64,000 nt of DNA, from the IMG/VR virus record IMGVR_UViG_3300037510_000343; one strand, written 5' to 3'. The DNA comes from a virus. Positions 1-10,788 of the stretch are shown here, in pieces. Each line of letters starts with the position of its first letter. Within the stretch, counting starts at the first letter, position 1. The position numbers and the translations under genes were made by a program. The notes beneath the pieces were generated by a model. It did no database searches and was not told the DNA's origin. It saw nothing but the letters and a program-made list of their open reading frames with translations.

Positions 1-760
1 ACTTGTAGCAAGTAGTTTGGCTATCACTAGTGGTAAAGCTTTTCTGCCTACTGTATTACCCAATAGTGGCCGCAAAGTACTGTTAATAGACACTGAAGGT
101 AGAGCTAGAGAGTTCAATAGGCGAGTAAGGAAATTTGGAGGAATAACGGCTAATTACTGTACTGCCAAGCATCCTTTGAAAATATGTGTGTTTTCCTCAA
201 AAGAAGATAGACAGGAAATAGAAAGAGTATTACGGACAGCTTCAATTGACCTTGTTATTGTCGATAGCTTTGCGGGCTTTAGTAATGTCGATGAAAATAC
301 AAATGCCGTATTGCCAGCTTTACAATGGTTATCTGGCTTAGCTTTAGAACATAATGTTGCTATTGTGTTTACACAGTTAGTTAATAAGTCCGAAATAAAA
401 AGCAAAATTACCACTAAAGCTATTCGAGGGTTTAGCGGTATATCTCAATGGTGTGAAATGATATGGGCTTTAGACAAAGATAGTAAAGCTCCAAACGCTA
501 GAAGGTTGTATCAAATTAAAAACAATATTACTAAAGAAGACAACACTGTTTACTTGTTTAATATTGAAGATACTTGTGTGCAGTTTGCTGATAGCTTAAA
601 CACTTTAAATGTTAAGTATCCTAATCGATATAAAATAATTGAAAATAACCCAAAACTAAGCAATAAAGCTATTGCTCAATTAATCCAACAAGAAGAACCT
701 AACACTAAATTAGGCAGCCTAGAAATGTGGCTAAGTCGTAATCGTAGTAAGGTTAATTAA
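1..760 (+). CDS. RecA-fold/AAA_25 (RepA-like) ATPase, 5'-truncated by the window edge
   Basis: The frame is open from the window start. Contains VLLIDTE and Walker B LVIVDS. Clearly paralogous to 60419..61312 (DENT, WALDK, RLYQIKNN). Confidence 0.7.
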   Translation, partial: LVASSLAITSGKAFLPTVLPNSGRKVLLIDTEGRAREFNRRVRKFGGITANYCTAKHPLKICVFSSKEDRQEIERVLRTASIDLVIVDSFAGFSNVDENTNAVLPALQWLSGLALEHNVAIVFTQLVNKSEIKSKITTKAIRGFSGISQWCEMIWALDKDSKAPNARRLYQIKNNITKEDNTVYLFNIEDTCVQFADSLNTLNVKYPNRYKIIENNPKLSNKAIAQLIQQEEPNTKLGSLEMWLSRNRSKVN

Positions 761-1216
761 GTGATCTACTTTTTAATAGAACAAAGCGATTATCGTGCTG
801 TCAAAATAGGATATACAGCTAACCTTGCTATGCGTTTATCTAATCTACAAATAGGTAATGTTAAGCCTTTAGTGTTAGTAGCCATAATTGACGGTAATCA
901 ATTAATGGAAACTATTTTGCATAAACTATTTGAAAAATATCACGTAAGAGGAGAATGGTATAGTTTAACGGGAGATTTATTAAACTTCATTAAGCCCCAC
1001 TTATTGGTTCAAGTCAGTAAAACAATCCTAGATACTCCATTGTTGTCTGAATCTCAAACTAAATTTAAGACTACTAAATCTAAGCGTAATAAAGTATATA
1101 CAGATAACATCTACAAATCGGATAAAGAAATAGCTCTAGCTATTCACAAACTAGAGCCAGATCAACAACTGTATAACTTGATTAACTGGGTACGACGTAA
1201 ACGAGGTAAAAATTAA
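761..1216 (+). CDS. GIY-YIG-like (T5orf172/MUG113) nuclease-domain protein with a C-terminal helical module
   Basis: IYF...VKIGYT...RLSNLQIGN...E..LH..F....VRGEWY signature. Confidence 0.8.
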   Translation: MIYFLIEQSDYRAVKIGYTANLAMRLSNLQIGNVKPLVLVAIIDGNQLMETILHKLFEKYHVRGEWYSLTGDLLNFIKPHLLVQVSKTILDTPLLSESQTKFKTTKSKRNKVYTDNIYKSDKEIALAIHKLEPDQQLYNLINWVRRKRGKN

Positions 1217-1516
1217 ATGCCTTTAATAGATATATCTTACGTCACACATATAGCTACATCTTTGTTGGATAAGCTAATTGGATACCCGCATGTAATAAAG
1301 GTATTAGCGGTACTACCTTCTATTAGTTCTACCGTTATTAATTTTAGGGTATTAGTTAGTACTACAGACCCCGAATTAATTAACAATATTTGGGAGGTAA
1401 GTTCTTCAATAGCACTAGATAAAGAACGACAACTGATAAGAAACTACTCCTTATTTGTGTATGTCACAAACAATATTGATGACATTAAAGATGGAATAAT
1501 ACTTGCTCAAATTTAA
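1217..1516 (+). CDS. hypothetical protein
   Basis: ORF abutting the upstream gene and followed by a terminator. Confidence 0.6.
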   Translation: MPLIDISYVTHIATSLLDKLIGYPHVIKVLAVLPSISSTVINFRVLVSTTDPELINNIWEVSSSIALDKERQLIRNYSLFVYVTNNIDDIKDGIILAQI

Positions 1517-1524
1517 TCATTTTT

Positions 1525-1558
1525 AATCCCCTAATACTTACCTAGGGGATTGTTTTTT
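1525..1558. terminator. intrinsic terminator between convergent genes
   Basis: AATCCCCT...AGGGGATT stem followed by a T-run. Confidence 0.65.
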
Positions 1559-1568
1559 ATTATAGGTG

Positions 1569-3188
1569 TTATCCAAACAAGTTATTATAATACCCCGCAC
1601 TATCATTAATCAGCCTCACATCAAACAAATCAATTGGGGATTGCACATTGCTTGCCTCAACATCAATCGTGTTGTATTGCTTTAATGTTTGCCCGTATTT
1701 CGCTAAATACAGCAAGGCATACGAGGTTGAATCCACGAAGTCGTCCGTCTTACCTTTGGGAAACATCAATAATTCAGCCTTACATTCCCGCACCCACAAC
1801 TTGCCACCATTGCTCAGAGCGGGGAAATACACATTACCTGCCTCAAATTCTGGTGTGCAAGCTATTAGGCGGCTTTCCTTGTCACCCCCATAATCACGTG
1901 GCTCCATTGGAATAAGCCCGCTCACATATCTCTGCAATGTATCAATGGCGGCTTGTCCATTACTTTTTTTCTCGATTAACACAGCCCGGATGTCGGGATA
2001 CTTGGTTTTCAACGATAATATGGCCTCGATTTGCTGCGGGAAAGTCATGCGTCGCCTAATACAATCAATCAAGTACCTACGACTACCTAATTTGCCCCAC
2101 ACAGTCCCGACACAATAATCGTTTTTGTTGCTATTCGCTAAGTCCCAACTCGCCACCATCATGTCAAAGTGAGCTGGCAATCCAGCGTCACTGTATTCCA
2201 TTATTTGTTCGGACTTAACGTATCCCCCTCCCTTCGGTACGGGCTGTTGCTGAAACTGACTCGCCCATCTCCATTCACCTTTTTTCTTTTCACGCGCCAC
2301 CACGTCTTCACTCATTAGATTCGGGGCCAACAATTCGCCAGGTTCACGTCGGGGGTCTTCAAATCCCAAACTAGTCGTGTAACTGTGATCGGGGTCGTAC
2401 TCAATCGGTAGTGCGAAGTATTCCCACCCACTGTCTTCGGTGAGTACACGGCCAATTAAATCGTCTTCCGCTAACCTTTGATGCACAATTAACTGTGTGA
2501 AGGTGTCAGCAGACTCCCAGCGGCTCGACATCGTGTCGAAGTACCAACTACTCACTTTATCCTTCGAGACCCTCGAATGGGCTTCCAGGGCCTTGTGGGG
2601 GTCATCTATGATCAAAGTACGACATCCTTCGCCCGTACCTTTGCCTTCGACCGATGTGGCTAGCCTGAATCCTCCTTTGTCGTTTTCGTAGCGCGACTTT
2701 TGGTTGGTATCACTGCGTAACTTGAATAGTCGGCCAAATCTACGTTGAAACCAAGTTGTGTTGATGAGACGGCGACTAGCTACTGCATCCCTGACCACAA
2801 GACTTTCACCGTAACTCGCTGTGATGAATGTGTGAGTTGCGTCTTGCACCCAACTCCACACAGGAAACGCCACACTACATATGGTGCTTTTTGCGTGACG
2901 TGGAGCTATTCCAATCGCTAACTTCTTGATTTGCCCCGTGCGGAGTGCCATCAAATGTTCGCATATTGCATCGACATACCAATTTTCGCGAAACTCACCA
3001 CGGGCTATGTACTGCCAACTTGCCACCACAAAGTGATACAAATTAGCCTCCGCCAACATCGTGAGTTCTTCTTCGAGTAATTTCTCCAACTCAGTTTCGT
3101 CGTCTTGCCCAGTACTTTCGATCTTTGCTATTTCCGCCTCGATAGTTAGTAATTCTTTTAGTAATACGTCTCGATTCGTTACACTCAT
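1569..3188 (-). CDS. terL: terminase large subunit
   Basis: Walker A-like APRHAKST, LIIDDPHK Walker B, QFQQQP, SWDLA nuclease motif, C-terminal FPKGKTDDFVDS. Confidence 0.92.
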   Translation of the reverse strand: MSVTNRDVLLKELLTIEAEIAKIESTGQDDETELEKLLEEELTMLAEANLYHFVVASWQYIARGEFRENWYVDAICEHLMALRTGQIKKLAIGIAPRHAKSTICSVAFPVWSWVQDATHTFITASYGESLVVRDAVASRRLINTTWFQRRFGRLFKLRSDTNQKSRYENDKGGFRLATSVEGKGTGEGCRTLIIDDPHKALEAHSRVSKDKVSSWYFDTMSSRWESADTFTQLIVHQRLAEDDLIGRVLTEDSGWEYFALPIEYDPDHSYTTSLGFEDPRREPGELLAPNLMSEDVVAREKKKGEWRWASQFQQQPVPKGGGYVKSEQIMEYSDAGLPAHFDMMVASWDLANSNKNDYCVGTVWGKLGSRRYLIDCIRRRMTFPQQIEAILSLKTKYPDIRAVLIEKKSNGQAAIDTLQRYVSGLIPMEPRDYGGDKESRLIACTPEFEAGNVYFPALSNGGKLWVRECKAELLMFPKGKTDDFVDSTSYALLYLAKYGQTLKQYNTIDVEASNVQSPIDLFDVRLINDSAGYYNNLFG

Positions 3189-3191
3189 TGT

Positions 3192-3944
3192 CTATTGTTT
3201 CCTTGCTAACATACTGCCTAGCGCGTCAAATACCCTGACCGACAAACTTCGACTCTCAATGCTAGGCACAATATAACTCTCGATGGTTGCCACCAATTCC
3301 TCAATGCGTGCATTGATTGTGTGTACTCTTTCGAGCGAGTTGTATTGCAAAAATACTGCCCCAATGTCGCAGTCTTCTTTGTTCACATTGCCTCGCAATA
3401 AAAAACAGTAATAACCATCAATCCCCATTCGCAACATACGTTGTTTACTTACTCCACTACTACGCGGATTTGTGAAACTCTCGGGCGTGATGAATGCATA
3501 CTTTGTTGGGCTTTGCTTCACAATCTCCAAGTCCTCGGCATACAAACTTAACGGAATCTCTTTCAAGTTGAACGACAGTGCCCCAACACCAGGCGAGATA
3601 GCTTCGTGTGTCACTGTTAGCTTACTGTAAGAATAACCCCCGTAATAGTTCTGACCATTGTGGAATTGCGCCACTAACACCCGACTTGCTTCTGTCTCGG
3701 CCAGTATACGCCCTAAGATTGTGTTGATCGTTCGCTCAATCTCAACCGGTAACGCCAATGACCTACGCGCACTCTCAATCTTTGGTTGCAATACGTTTCG
3801 CATTACCCACGCAAATACCAACAATACTGTGACACCCATAACTTGTGTCCCAGCTAGAAGGATTTTGTCGCGATATACATCTATTTGGCCTCCCTGTGCA
3901 GTAGTAATTAACTCAGTTTGATCGTGACTGACGTGATTGTTCAC
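3192..3944 (-). CDS. single-TM protein with a GAF-like soluble domain (possible T-type holin)
   Basis: Hydrophobic segment ILLAGTQVMGVTVLLVFAWVM, then a GAF-like ASRVLVAQFHNG...IGAVFLQY pattern. Confidence 0.45.
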   Translation of the reverse strand: MNNHVSHDQTELITTAQGGQIDVYRDKILLAGTQVMGVTVLLVFAWVMRNVLQPKIESARRSLALPVEIERTINTILGRILAETEASRVLVAQFHNGQNYYGGYSYSKLTVTHEAISPGVGALSFNLKEIPLSLYAEDLEIVKQSPTKYAFITPESFTNPRSSGVSKQRMLRMGIDGYYCFLLRGNVNKEDCDIGAVFLQYNSLERVHTINARIEELVATIESYIVPSIESRSLSVRVFDALGSMLARKQ

Positions 3945-4699
3945 TCTTCTAAGTCCTCCATTTGTGATTCAATTTCTCGTTTCTTACGCATCAGGGTTTC
4001 AAGTACTTCTTGTCGGCTTTCGACTGACTTGAGTAAGTTGTTGATGCGAGATCCACTTTTTTGACCAGGCTTGTGTTTCTTCGCAAGTTCTGCTTCTTCG
4101 AGTTGTTGTAACTCCATTAGCTCGTTGACTATCTTCTCGGCGTTTACTGGCTCACCCATTATATTTCGGACTAATGTATGACCTTTGTTTAGCAAGTTTA
4201 TTGCTACTTCGAGATTCTTGATTTTGCGTGTGCGTTCAAATGGGGAAACCGGTGTGTCTGGAGATTCTGTTTGTGATTGTAGGTGTTCATTGTCTAGCCA
4301 AATCTCTAACTGTTCGTAGATCTTGTCGAGTAAGATGAGGTTTTTTGCATCGTAACGTGCACTTTCACTCATTAGGGAATTTACACGCTCTTGTCCTATA
4401 CGTCGCTTGATTTTTTGCTTGTATAACTCTCGGCGTGGTACCCATTTCTCTGTTCGGCTACGTTCTGCAATTCGCCTAGGATCAACTTTGTATTTCTCAC
4501 CGAGTTCCGCTTGTGATGGGAAATGCATCACTCGCGTACCTGTAGTTGGATCTACTGTTAGACATCCATGCACGTATTCCGCCTCGATTGTTATCCAGTC
4601 GATTTGTCGCCTGGGTAGTACTGTATCTGTGACGCTAACTAACGGCTGAGGTACCCCTGTAATACTCTTGATAAACTGTTGGTCATTCTCATTTGGCAT
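3941..4699 (-). CDS. putative terminase small subunit
   Basis: IDW..IE.EYV motif, HTH-like SQAELGEKYKV...IAERS..EKW..RR, coiled-coil tail; first gene of the operon containing terL. Confidence 0.6.
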   Translation of the reverse strand: MPNENDQQFIKSITGVPQPLVSVTDTVLPRRQIDWITIEAEYVHGCLTVDPTTGTRVMHFPSQAELGEKYKVDPRRIAERSRTEKWVPRRELYKQKIKRRIGQERVNSLMSESARYDAKNLILLDKIYEQLEIWLDNEHLQSQTESPDTPVSPFERTRKIKNLEVAINLLNKGHTLVRNIMGEPVNAEKIVNELMELQQLEEAELAKKHKPGQKSGSRINNLLKSVESRQEVLETLMRKKREIESQMEDLEE

Positions 4700-5037
4700 C
4701 TTTATATGTGAAATACTGCTGTTTTACTGTATATCTACTGTAACTGAGAATTTAGATGGATAGATGGGTATCGATATATTGAAAATTCCCCAAAATACTA
4801 CAAAACTGTAACACGCATGTAACCCTTACCCTGTATACGTTACAGCGATTTGGCAACTACCGAGACAATACCGAGTTAGTACAGTACATTGTATACATGG
4901 CAAGCGGATGGCGCTTGTAGCGGTTCAGTTGGTAACTCCCTTCTAATGGTGGAGGTACAAGTAGTTACCTTATCAATCACTCATTTAATTGAGCTAATTA
5001 AGGTTAGTTTTATTGAGTGTAGTGGTTACACTCTGTA

Positions 5038-5757
5038 TTGCCTATCTTGAGGTTTTCTATGTCTATCCAATTACGCTGTGTTGATACTGATTTAGTTCTC
5101 CCTGTTGCAACTAGACTTGAGTCTGGCAGATTAAGGGATATCTACTACAAGGTTGAATTGATTAACGATTTTCCCGAGTTAGCTATTGCCGTGTCTTTAG
5201 GCACACAAGCGACGTTAACACCTAAGGAAGACAAACCAGGCTTTAAGTCTAAAGGTGTTCTAGACACCATTTATCGCCCATTGGTTGTATGCAGATTTAA
5301 TCGACAAATGCAACCAGCCCTGGAAATTAACCCGCTAATGTCTCAGCCAGTAGCAACTAACGGTTCAGAAGTGTATGTGTATCCCGATGGGAAATCCCGT
5401 GAATCTCGTGTGTACGCCAATCATGCAGCATTGATTAATGACTACGTAATGCCTACCGCTGTTAAGGCGTTACTGTCCGAAACATACAAGATGGCTCGCT
5501 TTTCTAGTTGGCTATATGTTGGCTTACTGTTACTCGATCGCGTGCAACATACCATTACCGAGAACGGTGATTCCTTCACTCAAGCACTCAAGCCACTAAC
5601 TCAAGACGATTTGTTTGAGATTGTCACAACAGCTCACAGTGATTTAGTTAAAGCAAAAGCCTACGTGTCTCAATCGCATGCAATGATTGCTGAGAAACTC
5701 AAAAGCAAGCAGTTAGTGGCTGCAACGTCCGAATCAAATAAGTCATCAGCGCAATAG
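5038..5757 (+). CDS. hypothetical protein (likely start ATG 5059)
   Basis: Long ORF, first gene of the divergent plus-strand block. Confidence 0.65.
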   Translation: MPILRFSMSIQLRCVDTDLVLPVATRLESGRLRDIYYKVELINDFPELAIAVSLGTQATLTPKEDKPGFKSKGVLDTIYRPLVVCRFNRQMQPALEINPLMSQPVATNGSEVYVYPDGKSRESRVYANHAALINDYVMPTAVKALLSETYKMARFSSWLYVGLLLLDRVQHTITENGDSFTQALKPLTQDDLFEIVTTAHSDLVKAKAYVSQSHAMIAEKLKSKQLVAATSESNKSSAQ

Positions 5758-5778
5758 TCACTCGTTTCTACCTCTCCC

Positions 5779-8205
5779 TTGATTGGTGAGGTAGACAAGG
5801 GTGATTCCCTTATGTCCTTTACTCTAATGGTGAGTAAAACAATGAATTACAACGACTTATCCAAATCTCAACTTTGGTCTTTAATCAAGCAGCACAACAT
5901 CACTAGCTTAAGTTGGCAGTCAAGTAAGACTGATATGGTAAGGGCATTGACGAAGATAGTCGATAGTGGGGGGGATACCTCGAACGACACTTTAGTTAAC
6001 GATGTAGCCAAACTAAATTTATCAAAAGTTGATGTTATCACAGAACCACAGGATTTAGACCCCACAAACACGCTTAGTAACACACAACCACAAGCTGACT
6101 TTTCCTTATGGGATGAGATACTAAGTGAAACTGGGATATCCATCTACTCACAAACTAAACCAGCTAACAGTCAACCACAAACTAGCAAAGACATTGCTCA
6201 AATTGTGGTGAGTACACAAAAATCAAAAACTACAAAAGAGTCTGTTGCAACAAACACATCTAGTCACATTACTCGCACGCAGATATTTACGTGGTCTTAT
6301 TTAGACCATGAGATGAGTGGCAGTTGGAAAGCCGTTAAAGATGAGTCCGAAACAAATAAGTACATTGAGTTTCTGGAGGCTCTTAACAAGTATCTAGAGG
6401 CAAATAAAGCCAAGACATTCTTGGTACACAATTGCTCTGTATCTATAAAGATGAAACCTCGCATCATTGTCGAGGAAGACGTTAACGGCAGAAAGCTACA
6501 GCGCATTGATCGTAGCCATCAAAAGAACAACTTGTATGCGAACCGTAATCATACCCTAATGAGTACGCAGGAAATAGCGGGACGTAACATAGGGGAAGCT
6601 AGCGTGAAGGCTAGTACACTATTTCAGCGGTCGAGATACATTGCACAACCGATTGAAATTAACGGCGCGTGGAATTTCGAGGGCATTGACACCATTGCGG
6701 TTAACGGGATTCAGGTATATCCAGTTTGTATATCGACGGCTATCGATGAAAGCAGTGTACCGGATAATCAAGTACCCGATGTAATTCTTAAGCGGCGCAA
6801 TATGCTGGCGGAGAAAAGAGTCGAGGCACGGGATTTTGTTTACACACGGGCAAAAATCGATAACGGTTTATCGCCTTCATTCAAAGACGGTAATAAACTA
6901 TTTTGCTTTCAAGTGGATAGCAACAACCGTGTTTCTTTGTGGTTACTCGCTAATGATGTGGGTCACACTGTGAGCGCTTCTGACCTCGTGAAAGGACGTA
7001 AGATGTATGACGTTGGGTATGTGGAAGTAACCCCATACACTAGCAAGGAATTTGTTAACGTCACAATGGACATGATGCGTAATGGTCAAGAGGCTCGATT
7101 AGAACGTTTCGACTGGATACGTAAGCAAATGAACCGTCAGTGGTTACCAACTGATGAAGCTATCCGCAATTTCTTAACCCAACTAAAAAACGCAAAGGGC
7201 GAGGCTCTTGTTATCACAAATCTACAAGTAAATAATGGAGTTGTGACGGGGGAATTGTACGGGTCAAAATTGATTATAAGGAAGCGGGAAGTCACGAAGC
7301 ACAAGGTAGTGTTTCACCCTGTTGGTCAGAGTGGTTACAAGGCAGATAAAAATATCGAGGCTTTTAAACGGGTGCAAGCTTGCGCTCAGACTTGGCTGTT
7401 CTCATTAGCTGCCAGTACTCTCTCGGATTTGAGAGTCGAGCAAGCGGGGATTAAGCATAGGGATGATGTGTTAGGACTCCAGAACGTAAGACGTAACACT
7501 CGAATTAGTAATCGAAACGATGGCAGCAAATTAAAGGTTAGACATCCTAAAGACAGGAAGTACATTGTCAAGCTACTCACTCAGTTCACTAATGAGGGTA
7601 TCTATGCGGATAGAGAGCGCACCCACTATATAGGTAAGCTTGTCAAGACAAATGGAGAGATACTGTCCGAAAAACAAATAAAAGACATTACGGAAGCAGT
7701 AATGAATAACTATCCCCCGGAACAAAAGATAGCACCATTATTCACACCTAGTCACAGTAACAATGTGGATGAGTGGCAGTTCATGTTTTTGAAGTTACTG
7801 AAGCTGTACGCAGGTGTAACGGTATCTATCTTACGTGACGGTAAGTTGATTAACCACAAATCGTCTAATGAAGTATTGGAGGATTATGCTAACGGGATTT
7901 ACAACTACTTACTTAGTATGGGTAAGGAAGTAGACACTCTAACTTTAGGAGATGCTGTTGAGTTACTTAAAAACTCACCTAGTTCACCGTACAAAGAAGT
8001 ACTACTTAAAGTACCTAACGTTGCTCGGCTTAATAGCCACATGTCTTTGGCTATCTTAACGGGTAAAGACAAACAGATAGTTAATGAATTAGCCCAAAAA
8101 CATGTTAATGAGTTAATGGCGTTAGATATAGAGCGTCAAAAACTCAAGGCAATTAATGAAGCTAAACAAGCGAGAATTAAAGCGGCTAGTGAAGCACTCA
8201 AGTAA
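5779..8205 (+). CDS. large orphan protein with an N-terminal Rho-N/HeH-like helical motif (likely start ATG 5842)
   Basis: 808-aa ORF; NDLSKSQLWSLIKQHNI...SKTDMVRAL resembles SAP/Rho-N helix-extension-helix motifs. Confidence 0.6.
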   Translation: MIGEVDKGDSLMSFTLMVSKTMNYNDLSKSQLWSLIKQHNITSLSWQSSKTDMVRALTKIVDSGGDTSNDTLVNDVAKLNLSKVDVITEPQDLDPTNTLSNTQPQADFSLWDEILSETGISIYSQTKPANSQPQTSKDIAQIVVSTQKSKTTKESVATNTSSHITRTQIFTWSYLDHEMSGSWKAVKDESETNKYIEFLEALNKYLEANKAKTFLVHNCSVSIKMKPRIIVEEDVNGRKLQRIDRSHQKNNLYANRNHTLMSTQEIAGRNIGEASVKASTLFQRSRYIAQPIEINGAWNFEGIDTIAVNGIQVYPVCISTAIDESSVPDNQVPDVILKRRNMLAEKRVEARDFVYTRAKIDNGLSPSFKDGNKLFCFQVDSNNRVSLWLLANDVGHTVSASDLVKGRKMYDVGYVEVTPYTSKEFVNVTMDMMRNGQEARLERFDWIRKQMNRQWLPTDEAIRNFLTQLKNAKGEALVITNLQVNNGVVTGELYGSKLIIRKREVTKHKVVFHPVGQSGYKADKNIEAFKRVQACAQTWLFSLAASTLSDLRVEQAGIKHRDDVLGLQNVRRNTRISNRNDGSKLKVRHPKDRKYIVKLLTQFTNEGIYADRERTHYIGKLVKTNGEILSEKQIKDITEAVMNNYPPEQKIAPLFTPSHSNNVDEWQFMFLKLLKLYAGVTVSILRDGKLINHKSSNEVLEDYANGIYNYLLSMGKEVDTLTLGDAVELLKNSPSSPYKEVLLKVPNVARLNSHMSLAILTGKDKQIVNELAQKHVNELMALDIERQKLKAINEAKQARIKAASEALK

Positions 8206-8243
8206 GACTAGTAAATCCCGCGAGAATTAAATAGGTTAATTCC

Positions 8244-8278
8244 CTCACTGACTAATGGTTTAGTCAGTGAGCTTTTTT
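8244..8278 (+). terminator. intrinsic terminator
   Basis: 12-bp perfect stem CTCACTGACTAA/TTAGTCAGTGAG followed by CTTTTTT. Confidence 0.8.
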
Positions 8279-9493
8279 GTGTGAATAAGTAGGGAAATTT
8301 TTTCTTTATTAATTACAGAGGAGATAGACATGATATTCACGCTTACAGTTGACTCGGATAGTGAAGCAAGCGAGATAGCTGTTATTGAAATACAAGGGTA
8401 CACATCTTCGGCTACTTTTAGGTTTGCACTAACATGGCTAAAAAGTATCACACTAAATGAATCCGCCGTAATTGTCACTCTAACAGATGGTACAGAACAT
8501 CAATTGAAAGTATGCGACGAATAATTAGTTAGCAGCAAACTTACACGTCCAAGTGACTTTTGGATTGAGTGATTAATTTTTAAGCCTCCTAAGTCAATAA
8601 CACAGGAGGCTTTTTCTTTAGTTACTTAATCCAATAAGTCGTATGCTTGTTTCTTTTCTTTGTGTAGCCCTGTTGCTTTAGTAAGTTAGCTATTCTAATT
8701 TCAATAATGTCTTTAATGTAGGTTTCTTTTTTATTAGGAGGATTAATATGCTAATTACAGAAGCTACTAATGCGTTAACGCAATTAGGTTATAAGCAGGT
8801 AACTACACAACAAGGAAATATCTATAATTACTACTGTTTTAAGGGTAGTAATCTAACTGTGACATTGGAAGAAGCATTAGATTATGGATTAAGTGGAAAA
8901 GTTAATCAAATAAGAATTCAAGGTAAGTTTAGTTATTCGCCGGCATTAGTAACCTTCATGTACAAAAGTAGGTTATCGGGATGGCAACCTGTAGATACTA
9001 CTAAAACATTCATGATGGATAACACCCTACATCCCATGTATGGACTAAGTGCACTAAAAGAAGTACTGTCAGGCTTGCAAAGTTTTAGATAGTTATGGAA
9101 GACTTATTAGCACTGTTGGCTTGTTAGGGTGGATTATTGAGAAAATAAGAGACCGAAATAAATAGAGGAGTAGTATGCTGCCTTATCTAATGGTTTACGT
9201 TGTTGGTGGAGTAACTACCTACTTTGTGGCAAAATATCGATTTAGCTTTGTTTATCCACAGCATACTAACAAATTGCTATTCTTAACCCCGATTAAGATA
9301 GAACAAAATCCAGCAGCTTTTGAGAAGTGGGTCAAGGATTCCTACGATATGTGTCTAAAGTTAGGTATTGAGTCTGAGCTGGAGGAATTACAGAATGAGG
9401 TTTATGTAGTTGCTCAGTATATTGAGATTTCGCAGTGGGTGTTTTTGTGGTGGTTAATATTGCTTGAGCTAACTGAGATGTAATTTAAGCCCC

Positions 9494-9529
9494 GTCTTAC
9501 TCTGTGTCTTACTCTGTGTCTTACTCTGT
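9494..9529. repeat. 12-bp tandem repeat x3 (GTCTTACTCTGT)
   Basis: Three exact consecutive copies, intergenic, immediately before a CTATTTATTTCGGAC motif copy. Confidence 0.9.
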
Positions 9530-10756
9530 TCACCTATTTATTTCGGACTCTGATCATGGCAAAACTAATTTCACGCACCACAAACAATCTCGGTATGTGC
9601 ATTGTTGATATCTACCGTCAGCCTGGAGATTTGTACGAGAGTTGGGACATTGAGCCATACAACGACGGAAACCCCACTCGACTACCCGATGCTAGGTATG
9701 GTGTAGATCAGCCTGATTACGGGGATTTGATGGTTGAGAGCTACACCCCGATGGAATTGGTTAAAGTTGTCGAAGCTTGGGATCTAAATGGTTGGACTAG
9801 TTACACAACCAGCATTGAAACAATCGATGGTACTGTTCTAGCTGAGAGGACTAGTTAGTACCGTTAAATAACCCCTATTATTTCCCGCAATCTAATAGGG
9901 GTTAATTTTCTTCGTAGTTAACCATGTTGATTAGGTGAAGACTATGCACCACATTTTCCTCGAATATAGTGAGCTTAATTTTGCTTTCTTTTGTTGTATT
10001 AGTGTTTTGGGTTTTAGTACATTCTACTTTGTTAGCAAAAGACCCACTATCACTAACGCCTTAATGTGGATAGTTTTAGGTTACTTAATTGGGTGTGCAG
10101 GTAGAGCTATTAATTTGTTTTAAAACTAGTGAGGTTAATTTCATGCACGCTAATTGTCTTAACGTCAAACAGGTTTTACATACGTTAAAACGCCAAAGAG
10201 ATAACAGCAATGTTCGTATTGTAAAACGAGTACACTATTTACTTACTTCAGATAAGCTAGCCGAAAACGAATCTGAGTTAGTAGATGTAAGTAATCCAGA
10301 TAACTGGTACTACAGTGGACATACTACTAAGTGCTCCAAAGCTGTGGATAAGTATGTCGCAGAAGTCTCACAACGTATTGCCGACAGCCCCGAACTTAAG
10401 GAGCTTATTGTTTCGGACTCAGATGTAAATTTGATCAATAGATTACTCAAGGTAATTGGTGGCGACGAATACTGGTACTGGTTTTTCAATAAGGATTCAT
10501 AATGAGTAGAAGATTGACGGCGGATGACAAAGCTCAACTAAGAGAGTTTACGGATGTATATCTTATGGAATTTACCGACAAGATTATCGATCCAAATGAT
10601 GGCAAAGAATTCCACGAAGGAATGGCAGCAGGGTTACTATTAGCCGTGGAGATTGTTACTAAGACCGGAGAGCTTAGTACAGCAAGCGCACATGCAATAA
10701 ATGCTTGTGTACAAAGGTGTATAACTATAGCAGACTATTCGGCTTAGTTATCGTGT

Positions 10757-10788
10757 GTCCGAAATAAATAGACCTTATTATTTCGGAC
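10757..10788. repeat. inverted pair of the dispersed GTCCGAAATAA motif
   Basis: GTCCGAAATAAATAG-AC-CTTATTATTTCGGAC. Confidence 0.9.

Noticed and set aside
5779..8205. Phage RNA polymerase
   Set aside because: No DxDGD or T7-type polymerase motifs found by eye.
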